64,000 nt of DNA from an uncultured bacterium (GTDB lineage: Bacteria > Zixibacteria > MSB-5A5 > JAABVY01 > JAHJOQ01), in assembly GCA_965369655.1 (NCBI GenBank), contig CBDUQR010000006.1, forward strand, positions 1-64,000. Direction: 5' to 3'. The notes beneath the pieces were generated by a model. The model was not told the origin of the DNA. It made no database searches and worked only from the letters and a program-made list of their open reading frames with translations. Position 1 is the first letter of the stretch, and every line of letters starts with the position of its first letter. The translations under genes and the position numbers were made by a program. Positions 31,971-41,106 of the stretch are shown piece after piece.

Positions 31971-32849
31971 ATGAAAATTCTTATCTCTGATGCGTTCGAC
32001 GCATCGCTTCCGGAGAAGCTCTCGAAATATGGCGAGATTACCGACGACAAGAGCCAGCTTCCAGACGCCGAAATCGTACTCATCAGGAGCAAGACCAAGT
32101 GCACGAAAGAGTATATCGATGGCGCCCCCAAACTGAAGTACATCATTCGCGGAGGCGTTGGTCTGGACAATGTCGATCGCGACTACGCCAAACAGAAGGG
32201 CGTTCTCGTGAACAACACTGCTGAAGCTTCGGCTATTGCCGTCGCTGAGCTCGCTTTTGCGATGATGATATCGATGCCCAGTAATCTGTTCCCCGGCAAC
32301 GAGTCGATGAAAAAGGGCGAGTGGCTCAAGAAACAACTCAAGCGGACTGAACTGTATGGCAAGACTCTCGGCCTGCTCGGAGTCGGCAACATCGGCACTG
32401 AGGTGGCAAAAAGGGCAAAAGCGTTCGGCATGAAGGTTCTCGCCTATGACCCGTATGTCAGCAGCCATGAATTCGCCGAGATGGTGACAGACTTGAATGA
32501 CTTCGTATCGAAATGCGATTTCATCTCATTGCACATGCCGCTGACTGACGACACTAATGGCATTGTAAACAGCGATCTCATTGCAAAGATGAAGGACGGC
32601 GTGTATATCATCAACACCAGTCGCGGCAAGTGTGTTGTCGAAGATGATGTCGCCGCCGCTCTCGAATCGGGCAAGATTAACGGCTACGCTACCGATGTCT
32701 GGTACAGCGATCCGCCCGAGAATACACCGCTGACCAAGGTGCCGAATACAGTTTGTCTTCCTCACATCGGCGCATCGACGAAGGAAAACCTCCTCCGTAT
32801 CGGAGACGTCATAGATCGCCTTATAGGCGAGTACGTGAAGGGCAAATAG
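31971..32849 (+). CDS. serA: D-3-phosphoglycerate dehydrogenase-like D-2-hydroxyacid dehydrogenase (short form, no ACT domain)
   Basis: Motifs RGGVGLDNVD, ELYGKTLGLLGVGNIG, INTSRG and PHIGAST; clustered with serC. Confidence 0.85.
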   Translation: MKILISDAFDASLPEKLSKYGEITDDKSQLPDAEIVLIRSKTKCTKEYIDGAPKLKYIIRGGVGLDNVDRDYAKQKGVLVNNTAEASAIAVAELAFAMMISMPSNLFPGNESMKKGEWLKKQLKRTELYGKTLGLLGVGNIGTEVAKRAKAFGMKVLAYDPYVSSHEFAEMVTDLNDFVSKCDFISLHMPLTDDTNGIVNSDLIAKMKDGVYIINTSRGKCVVEDDVAAALESGKINGYATDVWYSDPPENTPLTKVPNTVCLPHIGASTKENLLRIGDVIDRLIGEYVKGK

Positions 32850-32866
32850 CTCGAAAGGAGAATTTG

Positions 32867-33946
32867 ATGGCTGAGCGCATATACAATTTCAATCCGGGAC
32901 CGTCTACGCTTCCCCTGTCAGTGATCGAGAAAATGCGGGCGGAGCTTACCGACTACATGGACACGGGTATGTCGATCCTCGAAACGAGTCATCGGTCGCC
33001 CGAATTCAAAGACGTTCACGCTGAGACCAAGGCGCTGGTGAAACAAATCGCAGGACTCTCCGATGATTATCACATCCTGTTCACAGGCGGAGGTGCGAGT
33101 CTGCAATTCGCCATGATTCCATTGAACTTTTTGCAGGATGGCAAATCAGCCGACTATGTCAATACCGGCACATGGTCGAAGAAAGCGATCAAAGAAGCAC
33201 AAATAGTCGGCAACGTGAATATCGCAGGATCGAGCGACGACAAGAATTTCTCATATCTGCCGACGGACCTGAACCTAAGCGACGACGCCTGCTACCTGCA
33301 CGTGACATCGAACAACACGATTGTCGGAACACAGTGGCATCAGTTCCCTGACAGCAAGGCTCCACTGATCTGCGATATGTCGTCCGACATATTCTCCCGC
33401 ACGCTTCCATTCGAGAAGTTCTCGATGATCTATGCGGGCGCGCAGAAGAACCTCGGCGCTGCTGGTGTGACGCTTATCATCCTGCACAAGGATCTCGCGG
33501 CACAGGCGAAGAGTGGCATGAACACAATGCTCTCGTACGAAACTCATATCGAGAAAGACTCGATGTTCAACACTCCGCCATGTTTCGCGATTTACATCGT
33601 GAAGCTCGTGCTCGAATGGATCAGAGATCAGGGCGGGCTGGCGGCGGTCGAGAAGGTCAACAATCAGAAACAGAAACTGCTCTATGACACAATCGACTCT
33701 TCAGACGGCTACTTCAAGGGTACAACCACAGAAGACAGCAGATCATGGATGAATGCGACTCTGCGCATGCGCGATGAAGATATCGAGAAGAAATTCATCG
33801 CCGAGGCGAAAGCGATTGGCCTGCATGGCCTGAAGGGTCACAGATCGGTCGGTGGCGTCAGGGTCTCGATGTACAACGCAATGCCTCTCGCGGGTATCGA
33901 GAAGCTTGTCGGATTCATGGCCGATTTCAGGAAAGCCAATCCATAG
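32867..33946 (+). CDS. serC: Phosphoserine aminotransferase
   Basis: Motifs YNFNPGP, SHRS, GGAS.QF, DMSSDI, YAGAQKNLG and KGHRSVGG.R.S.YNA; AGGAG RBS before ATG 32867. Confidence 0.97.
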   Translation: MAERIYNFNPGPSTLPLSVIEKMRAELTDYMDTGMSILETSHRSPEFKDVHAETKALVKQIAGLSDDYHILFTGGGASLQFAMIPLNFLQDGKSADYVNTGTWSKKAIKEAQIVGNVNIAGSSDDKNFSYLPTDLNLSDDACYLHVTSNNTIVGTQWHQFPDSKAPLICDMSSDIFSRTLPFEKFSMIYAGAQKNLGAAGVTLIILHKDLAAQAKSGMNTMLSYETHIEKDSMFNTPPCFAIYIVKLVLEWIRDQGGLAAVEKVNNQKQKLLYDTIDSSDGYFKGTTTEDSRSWMNATLRMRDEDIEKKFIAEAKAIGLHGLKGHRSVGGVRVSMYNAMPLAGIEKLVGFMADFRKANP

Positions 33947-33975
33947 TCATCTCGACGTTATCAAGACGAAAGAAC

Positions 33976-34009
33976 AGCCCCGGTTGCATACATACAGCCG
34001 GGGCTTTTT
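33976..34009 (+). terminator. Intrinsic terminator of the ser operon
   Basis: AGCCCCGGTTG...CAGCCGGGGCT followed by TTTT. Confidence 0.8.
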
Positions 34010-34112
34010 CTTGTCCAACTTACTTGAGTTCCTGTGAGTGGCAGACGTCCTCATCTGCCCCGTTGGGTCTGCAACTGCTGGAATGCGGCAGACCGGGAGA
34101 GGTTGTCCAAAA

Positions 34113-34254
34113 AGTAGGTCGTGTTCCAAACCTGATGTAATCAGGTGAGAAACGCGACACTTCTATCTTGTTGTCCGAGAGTCGGGTTTTCGGTCGCTGA
34201 TCCCGATCCCCGAGGGACTTGCAGGCTTCGCCTGCTGCGGAACGCCGACCTACT
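34113..34254. repeat. REP-like inverted doublet (GTAG type), intergenic copy, 142 bp
   Basis: Ends are AGTAGGTCGTGTTCC and GGAACGCCGACCTACT (imperfect inverted repeat), with internal hairpins; closely related to the copy at 42313-42453. Confidence 0.88.
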
Positions 34255-34328
34255 GGAAAACAGGACTTATGGGACACCCTCGGGAAGTCTGCCAGCCACA
34301 AAACATCGACTCGTCATAGCTGCGCAGA

Positions 34329-35309
34329 TCAGTCAGGCGAACCTAACCAGATACCGCTCCCCCGATCAACGCAATATATCCCGGAACTGGAGGTCGAGAG
34401 ATCGATGGAGAATTCCAGCTTGTCGTAGTTCTCGTGCCAGTATGGTTCGATGAAGTTGATCTGGTAGTGGCCGGGCAGCAGATCGCTGATCTCGAATTCA
34501 ACGTCAAAGAGGCAGATACAGTCACACAGCCCCTCCACTTCAATCTCCTCTACTGTTATCACATTCCCGCTGATGGAGATATTCCAGTCCATGACCGGGC
34601 AACAGTTGAATACGGCATTCACATGCTGCAGATGCAGCACCATATCCTCAGTGTAGTTGTACACGATACAACTCTGACTCGGATCGATGCTGTCTGCTGA
34701 ACCGTCAACAAACCAGCCATCGGGCTTGCAGCCAATCAAATCGACGAATGCTCCCGATGGGCCATCCGATTCCTGCCATGGATAGTGACCTCTCTCGACA
34801 CAGAAAACCCCCGACTTCGATTCCACCAGATCGATAGTGAACCGTAACGGTTCGTCTCCATCTCTGAGATAAAGTTCTTCAACGAATATCGTGTACACAC
34901 CCGGCTCGACATCGTGTATCTCATAGTCAAGATCGAACAGGCAGAGGCAATAACAGCCATATCCTTCAGGGAATGACTCAGACTCGGTGATCACGATATC
35001 CTTCCCCTCCACGGCCACTGTCGCGGCAATCAGAGGACAGCAGTTGAAACCAGCGTTGACATGGTGAAGATAGAGAATGGAATCGCCAACATAATTGTAC
35101 TCTATACAACTCTTGCTGTCAGGCAGAGTGTCAATCGCGGTAGACAATTGGTAGCCACCACACCCGCTTTGCCCGACCAGAGCGCCGGTAGACACCGGAG
35201 GTTCAGGCATATTGGTTTGCCTGTCACTGTCGCAACCCTGTGTCAGAAACAAAAGCAGCAGGAGAGCGAGGAAACAGACAGGCTTCGATTCATACATTCT
35301 TGTATTCAT
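34329..35309 (-). CDS. Lipoprotein with two tandem Cys-rich repeats, function unknown
   Basis: Hydrophobic stretch plus lipobox-like LTQGC; two ~135-aa repeats each carrying 'HVNAxFNCC...CxCxCLFD...PGxY'. The start is uncertain (35327, 35309 or 35297). Confidence 0.8.
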   Translation of the reverse strand: MNTRMYESKPVCFLALLLLLFLTQGCDSDRQTNMPEPPVSTGALVGQSGCGGYQLSTAIDTLPDSKSCIEYNYVGDSILYLHHVNAGFNCCPLIAATVAVEGKDIVITESESFPEGYGCYCLCLFDLDYEIHDVEPGVYTIFVEELYLRDGDEPLRFTIDLVESKSGVFCVERGHYPWQESDGPSGAFVDLIGCKPDGWFVDGSADSIDPSQSCIVYNYTEDMVLHLQHVNAVFNCCPVMDWNISISGNVITVEEIEVEGLCDCICLFDVEFEISDLLPGHYQINFIEPYWHENYDKLEFSIDLSTSSSGIYCVDRGSGIWLGSPD

Positions 35310-35472
35310 ATCATTCCTCCCGATCATTGTCGATACCGGATATGGTTATCCCGCAAATTTCCAGACGCTTTCGCTGGACTTGCTTATAATATATGACGAT
35401 TCGACGCGCGAATCATCAAATACTTTGTCTATAATTATTTACGCTGTGAGAGGCTCGAAGATCCGGAACAAT

Positions 35473-36345
35473 CTACTCGATCCTGCCCGCTCTGGGAGCG
35501 TTGCTGCCCTCGAATATCCAACCGATCAACGTTACGACATCATCGACGTCGAGCTGACCATCGCCGCTCGGATCGGCTGCGTTCCAGAATTCTGGTGGGA
35601 CGCCATTCGAGAATATGTAATCGAGCATGAACACGATGTCATCTATGTCGACATTCCTGGAATTGTCCGCGTCACCCCAAACGTACTGCAGAGACATACC
35701 GATTGATCTGACGAACAGTTGTCTCAGCGGTTCCGTGTTTACCACACGCGATATGTAAGTTGCCCTGCCGTCACCGAATCGGTTCGTGAGCGCACTGATG
35801 GACACTTCGTTCCCGTCACAGTACCAATACGCGAGAACATCCACATCCGGATGCGGCACGACAAGCCCGCCGAATGCGATTCCGCATTCCGTGCGATCGA
35901 GCAGCATCCCATCCGACAATCCGAACTCATCGCCGGCATCGGTCGCGTAGACCTCTCCCGAGCTGTTGACATACATCAAACAGCCGAACCAGTCGACTAT
36001 CGGATTGACTGAATCGGATGGCACAAGATACAGCGGTATTCCACCTCCGCAGAGTAATCCGCCGCCCATCCTGATGAATCGATCTATGTTGTTTACCTGA
36101 CAGGCGATTGCGGCGCTCCTCGAAAAGAGAATCAGCGCGGAGTAATCGTGCACATCGAGCGGATCGGGAACATAATCGAGAAACTCGAACCGGTGCGGCA
36201 TCTGACTCAGGAGATTAGAGAGAGTTGCGTCGGGTGGAAGTATGCCCGAAACAGAATCGGTCACGATTGCGATCCGATTCTGCGAGAGTGCTGTCACAGG
36301 CGCCAGCAACAGTGTTAGCGCCACTATCAAAACGCCACGAGTCAT
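35473..36345 (-). CDS. Secreted protein with a class-I GATase/ThuA-like domain and C-terminal dockerin-like domain
   Basis: Signal peptide; 'IDRFIRMGGGLL', 'NRFGDGRATYI'; C-terminal 'WGDADNSRNVDIDDIVFMLDYIF...ADPSGDGQLDVDDVVTLIGWIF'. Confidence 0.8.
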   Translation of the reverse strand: MTRGVLIVALTLLLAPVTALSQNRIAIVTDSVSGILPPDATLSNLLSQMPHRFEFLDYVPDPLDVHDYSALILFSRSAAIACQVNNIDRFIRMGGGLLCGGGIPLYLVPSDSVNPIVDWFGCLMYVNSSGEVYATDAGDEFGLSDGMLLDRTECGIAFGGLVVPHPDVDVLAYWYCDGNEVSISALTNRFGDGRATYISRVVNTEPLRQLFVRSIGMSLQYVWGDADNSRNVDIDDIVFMLDYIFSNGVPPEFWNAADPSGDGQLDVDDVVTLIGWIFEGSNAPRAGRIE

Positions 36346-39020
36346 CAGATACCTTTCGGAGCGGATACCTCCAGCGCCTCCAGCTTCGTGCGAGCCGGAT
36401 CAAAGTCGGGCTTGAGCTTCAGCGCCTGATGATATCCGAGCTTTGCCGAATCATAGTTGCCCTGTCTATAATATATGTCGGCAATTTTCGTGATTATCAC
36501 GTATGAACCGGGATCGAGACTGATGCACAGTTCGTACATCTTCAGCGCAGATACGAAATGACCAGACTCTGACATGATATCACCGAGCAAGTGTGCGACA
36601 TCAAAATCGTCTGGAGCAAGCTCCAGGTACGACGACAGCGCAGCGGCTGCCTTTTCGAACTGACCATTCTTTGCGAGACTTATCCCAAGATTCCTTTGTG
36701 CGAGCGCCATGTCCGGCGCTTCCCGAAGCGCATTCGAGTAGCACTTCTCCGCCAGCTCGAATTGACTGAGTTTGAAATACGAATTGCCGAGGTTATTCCA
36801 GACATCCGCATCCGCCCCGCCTGCGGCAGCGCATTTTTCGTATGCTGCAATAGCTTTATCAAATGCCCCTGTCGCATACCTGATGTCACCGATCACCCTG
36901 GCGGCATGGACGAAATCCGGAAATTGGCTTTCGAGCCTGTCGGAGACGATGCACGCCTCGCGCAGCCGATCCATATCGAAATACAGATTCGCCAGCGCTA
37001 AGATTATGTCTTTGTTGTCGGGCTCCATCGCATCGGCTGCCTTCAGGTGCGACTCCGAGGGAATAGCTTTACCGAGCATCCTGTAAGCTTCGCCAAGAAG
37101 ATAATGCGCCGGCCATGCGTGCTCGTCATGATCGAGCTGGGTCTTTGCATGAGTTATGACCGATTCGAATTCTTTCCTGTTGAAATACAACTGCGCGAGC
37201 CGGAGATGCGTATCAAGGTAGCCTTCTCGAATCTCGACCGTCTTCAGGTACCAGTCCATCGCTTCCTCAACCAGTCCGAGCTTCTCGCAGGAATGAGCTA
37301 CGCCATAGAATGCGTTCTGCTCGCTCCTGTAATTGAGCAAAATGATCGAGTCGGTCTCGGAAGAATCCTCGAACTTCTCTCTCACCTCGAGGTATTTAAG
37401 ATACCATTTCCTGGCATCATCCCACTCCTGCATCTGCGAATGCACATAGCCGAGAGTGATGATCGGATCGAGATAGTCAGGCTTGTAATTCAGCGCAGTA
37501 TGACAGTACTCCTTTGCCGTGTCAAACTGCTCTTTGTAGAAATACGCCGACGCCATCTGATGGAGCGCCATCATGTGCAGGTGACCCCTGCTCGATGATG
37601 TCGGCTCGGTATTATCCAGCACCTTCTGAGCGTGGAATATGATCTTGTCGCAGACATCGACGTCCGGCCTCGGGTTCTCGCCCCTGTACAACTGCGCGAG
37701 GTTCATATTCGCGAATGGATCATTCGGATTCTCATCGAGCTGTTTGAGAAGCAATTCTTTCGATCGAGCTATCTTCTTCTTCATTTTCTCTGGAGACAGC
37801 CCATAACCATAGTGGTTGATCCTGACGCCGACACGAAGTACGATTTCGTTCTTTTCATCGAACTTCAACTGATTGTGAACGATCCCGTCGTAGTGCGCCC
37901 CTGTCGACCTGCGGAAGAATCGTATCGATGGGAGGAATGACGCAAACTGGCCGTCGTCGCTGTGGTTGAACACCGACACAGATATCAAGTTGTTTCTCTT
38001 CTGCGCAAGTATGTCGTTCAGTTGCGGAATGTCCTCCTGGACAAGTTCCTCGTCGGCATCCAGAATAAATATCCATTCCTTAGTGGCGTAAGTAAGCGAC
38101 TGGTTACGAGCTTTGGCGAAGTCATTCTCCCACTCGTGGAAATAGACTTTTGCGCCGAAAGACTCTGCAATCTCTACAGTCCTGTCAGTCGAACCGGTAT
38201 CGACAACGATGATTTCGTCGACGACATCCCTGACACTCTGAAGCGCGCGAGCGAGTTGATCTTCCTCGTTCTTGACAATCATGCAGAGTGAAATCTCAGG
38301 TTTCGACGAGACTATCGCATCCCTGAGCATCTTCAGTTCGGGAATTCCAGGGCACTTGGGCATGCCACTATCCAGAAGCGAAATCGCGTCGTCGCGCTGG
38401 CCCATATGATCGGCCAGCTTCGCCAGATTGATCCAGGCGACCGCATAGTCGGACTTCAGATTGGCAGCTCGTTCAAAGAGATCGACAGCTTCCTGAAGGC
38501 TTCCCTGTTCTCTAAGAGCCACGCCCATATTGTTGAGCACTTCGTGTGCCCGGTCGTACGTCCCCGCAAACGCAGCTTTATTAGCCTCTCCCGAAGGAAT
38601 CTGACCGAGCACCTCGAGGTACTTCTGACCGTAGATGTCGACCAACGTGTAATCCTCGAGTCGATTGAACAAATAGACAAGCAGATAATAGAAATCGAGC
38701 AGTGTATCATCGACAGCGAGCGCCTCGAGCGCCAACGTTTTCGCGCGGTCGAAATCATTCGAGTGAGCTGCGGCAAACCCCGATATCCTCGAAGCATACA
38801 GGAAGGCCGTACTGTCCGTCTTCCTGACATCATCGAACAGCAGCGGCTCGACAAGTTCTATCGCCTCTGAATGCTCTCCCCTGTCGAGACGTGCCTGTGC
38901 TTTGTCGAGCAACTCGGCATATTCAGGATTGTGTTCTGGCTTGCTCTTTGTCCTGCTGTTGCGCGCTCCCTTTGCCGACGGTCTTTTCTTCGCAGCGCTT
39001 TTTCGCTTTTTCTTTGCCAT
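36345..39020 (-). CDS. TPR-GT2-TPR glycosyltransferase
   Basis: Motif 'ISLCMIVKNEE...DEIIVVDTGSTDRT...WENDFAKARN...WIFILDADE...HYGY' flanked by many TPR repeats. Confidence 0.92.
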   Translation of the reverse strand: MAKKKRKSAAKKRPSAKGARNSRTKSKPEHNPEYAELLDKAQARLDRGEHSEAIELVEPLLFDDVRKTDSTAFLYASRISGFAAAHSNDFDRAKTLALEALAVDDTLLDFYYLLVYLFNRLEDYTLVDIYGQKYLEVLGQIPSGEANKAAFAGTYDRAHEVLNNMGVALREQGSLQEAVDLFERAANLKSDYAVAWINLAKLADHMGQRDDAISLLDSGMPKCPGIPELKMLRDAIVSSKPEISLCMIVKNEEDQLARALQSVRDVVDEIIVVDTGSTDRTVEIAESFGAKVYFHEWENDFAKARNQSLTYATKEWIFILDADEELVQEDIPQLNDILAQKRNNLISVSVFNHSDDGQFASFLPSIRFFRRSTGAHYDGIVHNQLKFDEKNEIVLRVGVRINHYGYGLSPEKMKKKIARSKELLLKQLDENPNDPFANMNLAQLYRGENPRPDVDVCDKIIFHAQKVLDNTEPTSSSRGHLHMMALHQMASAYFYKEQFDTAKEYCHTALNYKPDYLDPIITLGYVHSQMQEWDDARKWYLKYLEVREKFEDSSETDSIILLNYRSEQNAFYGVAHSCEKLGLVEEAMDWYLKTVEIREGYLDTHLRLAQLYFNRKEFESVITHAKTQLDHDEHAWPAHYLLGEAYRMLGKAIPSESHLKAADAMEPDNKDIILALANLYFDMDRLREACIVSDRLESQFPDFVHAARVIGDIRYATGAFDKAIAAYEKCAAAGGADADVWNNLGNSYFKLSQFELAEKCYSNALREAPDMALAQRNLGISLAKNGQFEKAAAALSSYLELAPDDFDVAHLLGDIMSESGHFVSALKMYELCISLDPGSYVIITKIADIYYRQGNYDSAKLGYHQALKLKPDFDPARTKLEALEVSAPKGI

Positions 39021-39035
39021 GCAATTCTCTTTTCA

Positions 39036-40013
39036 TCAACCTGCAGCTACCGGCGCCTGCGGAATATGGTGAGGGTTCATATACGCGGGACGCGATGATC
39101 CGATACCGTATACCTGCTTCATCCACTCGATCGTCCTTGGAATTCCGACCTCGAGCGGCATATTCGGATCATGCCCAAACTGCATCTTCGCCCTTGAGAT
39201 ATCAGGCTTTTTGTTCATCACATTGTGCTTGTCTTCCGGCAGGAATGTCACGAGATTCTCTGAAGCGCCTGCGTATCGCAAGACGAGGTCCGAGAGATCT
39301 TTCACACTGCGAAACTCCTGACCGCCGATATTGTATACCTCACCCGCTTTGAAATTCTCACAGACCGCTGAGAGTGTTGGGATAAAATCATCGATGTACA
39401 TGAATACGCGATGATAACCCAGATATACCTGGTATGGCATGTTGTGCAGCGCCCTGTAGCAGAACAGGCAGACAACAGACCGATAGTGATGATAGTATTC
39501 GCCGGGACCGTAGGCATTGAAGAATCTCAGCCGCACGACCGGCACCTCGTGACGACGCTCGAAATTCATAATCTGAATCTCGTTCACCCACTTGGTGGTC
39601 GCATAGTCGTTGTGCTGGATAATCGACTGATTCAGCGGGATATCCTCCCTGAGCACGTCCTCGTGCTTGTCGCCGTAGATTTCCGATGACGACGCGAATA
39701 TCAGCTTGAAGCCTTTTTTCTTTTGCCACTCGAGGATATTCCTCGTGCCGATCACGTTGGATTCCCAAAGAGTATCGTAGTACTCTTCGCCGTTGATCCG
39801 CCCGAACTCCGCGGCGAGATGATAGACGTAATCATAGTTTTGCTCGAACACTCTTTCGAGCTGGCGGTAATTGGCGACATCCGCCCTGAAATAGTTGTCA
39901 TCCGCCTGGTGTTGAAGATCGCACGACCAGACTTCATGCCCGCGCCTGATCAGATCCGCGACGAGCGGCTGGCCGAGTGTGCCTTTGCTTCCGGTTACGA
40001 GTATCTTTGCCAT
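39036..40013 (-). CDS. NAD-dependent nucleotide-sugar epimerase/dehydratase
   Basis: Motifs ILVTGSKGTLG, ASSSEIYG, YATTK (YxxxK) and RFFNAYGPG. Confidence 0.93.
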   Translation of the reverse strand: MAKILVTGSKGTLGQPLVADLIRRGHEVWSCDLQHQADDNYFRADVANYRQLERVFEQNYDYVYHLAAEFGRINGEEYYDTLWESNVIGTRNILEWQKKKGFKLIFASSSEIYGDKHEDVLREDIPLNQSIIQHNDYATTKWVNEIQIMNFERRHEVPVVRLRFFNAYGPGEYYHHYRSVVCLFCYRALHNMPYQVYLGYHRVFMYIDDFIPTLSAVCENFKAGEVYNIGGQEFRSVKDLSDLVLRYAGASENLVTFLPEDKHNVMNKKPDISRAKMQFGHDPNMPLEVGIPRTIEWMKQVYGIGSSRPAYMNPHHIPQAPVAAG

Positions 40014-40031
40014 TCTCTATCTCCTCTCAGT

Positions 40032-40826
40032 CTACACTGATATTGTTTTCGCTTCAGCTTGCTGTTCTATCCGAAGCCGTTCAAGAATTTTCTGTCTGAT
40101 TGTATCGAGATCAGGATGCTGCTCTTTCTCCGGCCTGTTCTGATCTTCGAACCAGTCGTAGTCGACTTCGGCGAGTTCAACGTCATCCATCGCTGCGAGG
40201 TAATTGCCATCGGGATGCAGGCGCATGTAATTCGCTATCTTGCCGTACAGCATATCTTCCGATGACGAACTGTAGTGCAACAGATTGAGATTGATTTTCG
40301 TCGGATTGTCCATCTGCGGCGGCCACAGTCTCTTGTGCAACCCGGGGGTAATCTCGATCTTCATTTCGCCGGTGTTGCGCCAGATTCTCGGAGGACTGAT
40401 CTGACCAAGCCCTTTGTCGACCCTGTACCAGCACGGCGCAAGCCAGAGGTGCAGCCAGTTGAAACAGAGCGAATTCAATTCTTTCGATCCGGCCCAGTCG
40501 AGCATGTTCCTGAAGAAACCCTTCCGAAAGACTCTCCTGTCGAACAGTTCGTCAGCGTCGAACGATACAATCCAGTCCGGATTGTGCTTCACTACTTCGT
40601 CGAGCAGGATCGCTTTGTTCATCGTCTCGAAATTCTTCTCCCAGTTATTCTCTTTGTTGACGATCACATGATCGGTGTACTCCCTGATAATATCGATCGA
40701 GCCATCGGTCGATGCATCGTCGAGTACCACGATTTCATCGCAGAGCCGCGAATAGTGATCGAGGCATCTCCTGAGATTGCCCAGCTTCAACTCGTTGAAC
40801 ATCTGCGCCATGCCGACGATTTTCAT
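40032..40826 (-). CDS. Glycosyltransferase family 2
   Basis: Motifs DEIVVLDDASTDGS and DWIVSFDADE. Confidence 0.85.
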   Translation of the reverse strand: MKIVGMAQMFNELKLGNLRRCLDHYSRLCDEIVVLDDASTDGSIDIIREYTDHVIVNKENNWEKNFETMNKAILLDEVVKHNPDWIVSFDADELFDRRVFRKGFFRNMLDWAGSKELNSLCFNWLHLWLAPCWYRVDKGLGQISPPRIWRNTGEMKIEITPGLHKRLWPPQMDNPTKINLNLLHYSSSSEDMLYGKIANYMRLHPDGNYLAAMDDVELAEVDYDWFEDQNRPEKEQHPDLDTIRQKILERLRIEQQAEAKTISV

Positions 40827-40827
40827 C

Positions 40828-41091
40828 TCACACCTCTGCCGTTTCAGGCTGATGGTATATCTTTACTTTTGGATCGGTAACCCTGACCCTGCCGGCGATC
40901 GCGTCGGCAAGAAACTGATCGATTTCGTCGATTAGATCATTCCTCTGCTGATTGACCACGCTGACCTTGTCTGCGGCGTCGAGACGCTGCGAATCGGGCA
41001 GCGACATATCGCGTCTGATATCTTCGAGATGCCAGAGCCGCAGATTCTTGATTGTCAGCTTGTCAATAAGGCTGCCCAATGTTTCAGCCAT
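40828..41091 (-). CDS. Short DUF4254-like protein
   Basis: Motif 'ETLGSLIDKLTI.NLRLWHLED..R...NQQRNDLIDEID'. Confidence 0.75.
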   Translation of the reverse strand: MAETLGSLIDKLTIKNLRLWHLEDIRRDMSLPDSQRLDAADKVSVVNQQRNDLIDEIDQFLADAIAGRVRVTDPKVKIYHQPETAEV

Positions 41092-41106
41092 CTCCCCTCC
41101 TGCGAA

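Noticed and set aside
34020-34301. 93-aa minus-strand ORF sharing peptides with two real proteins
   Set aside because: The similarity comes from the repeat element itself; there is no evidence that it is an expressed gene.
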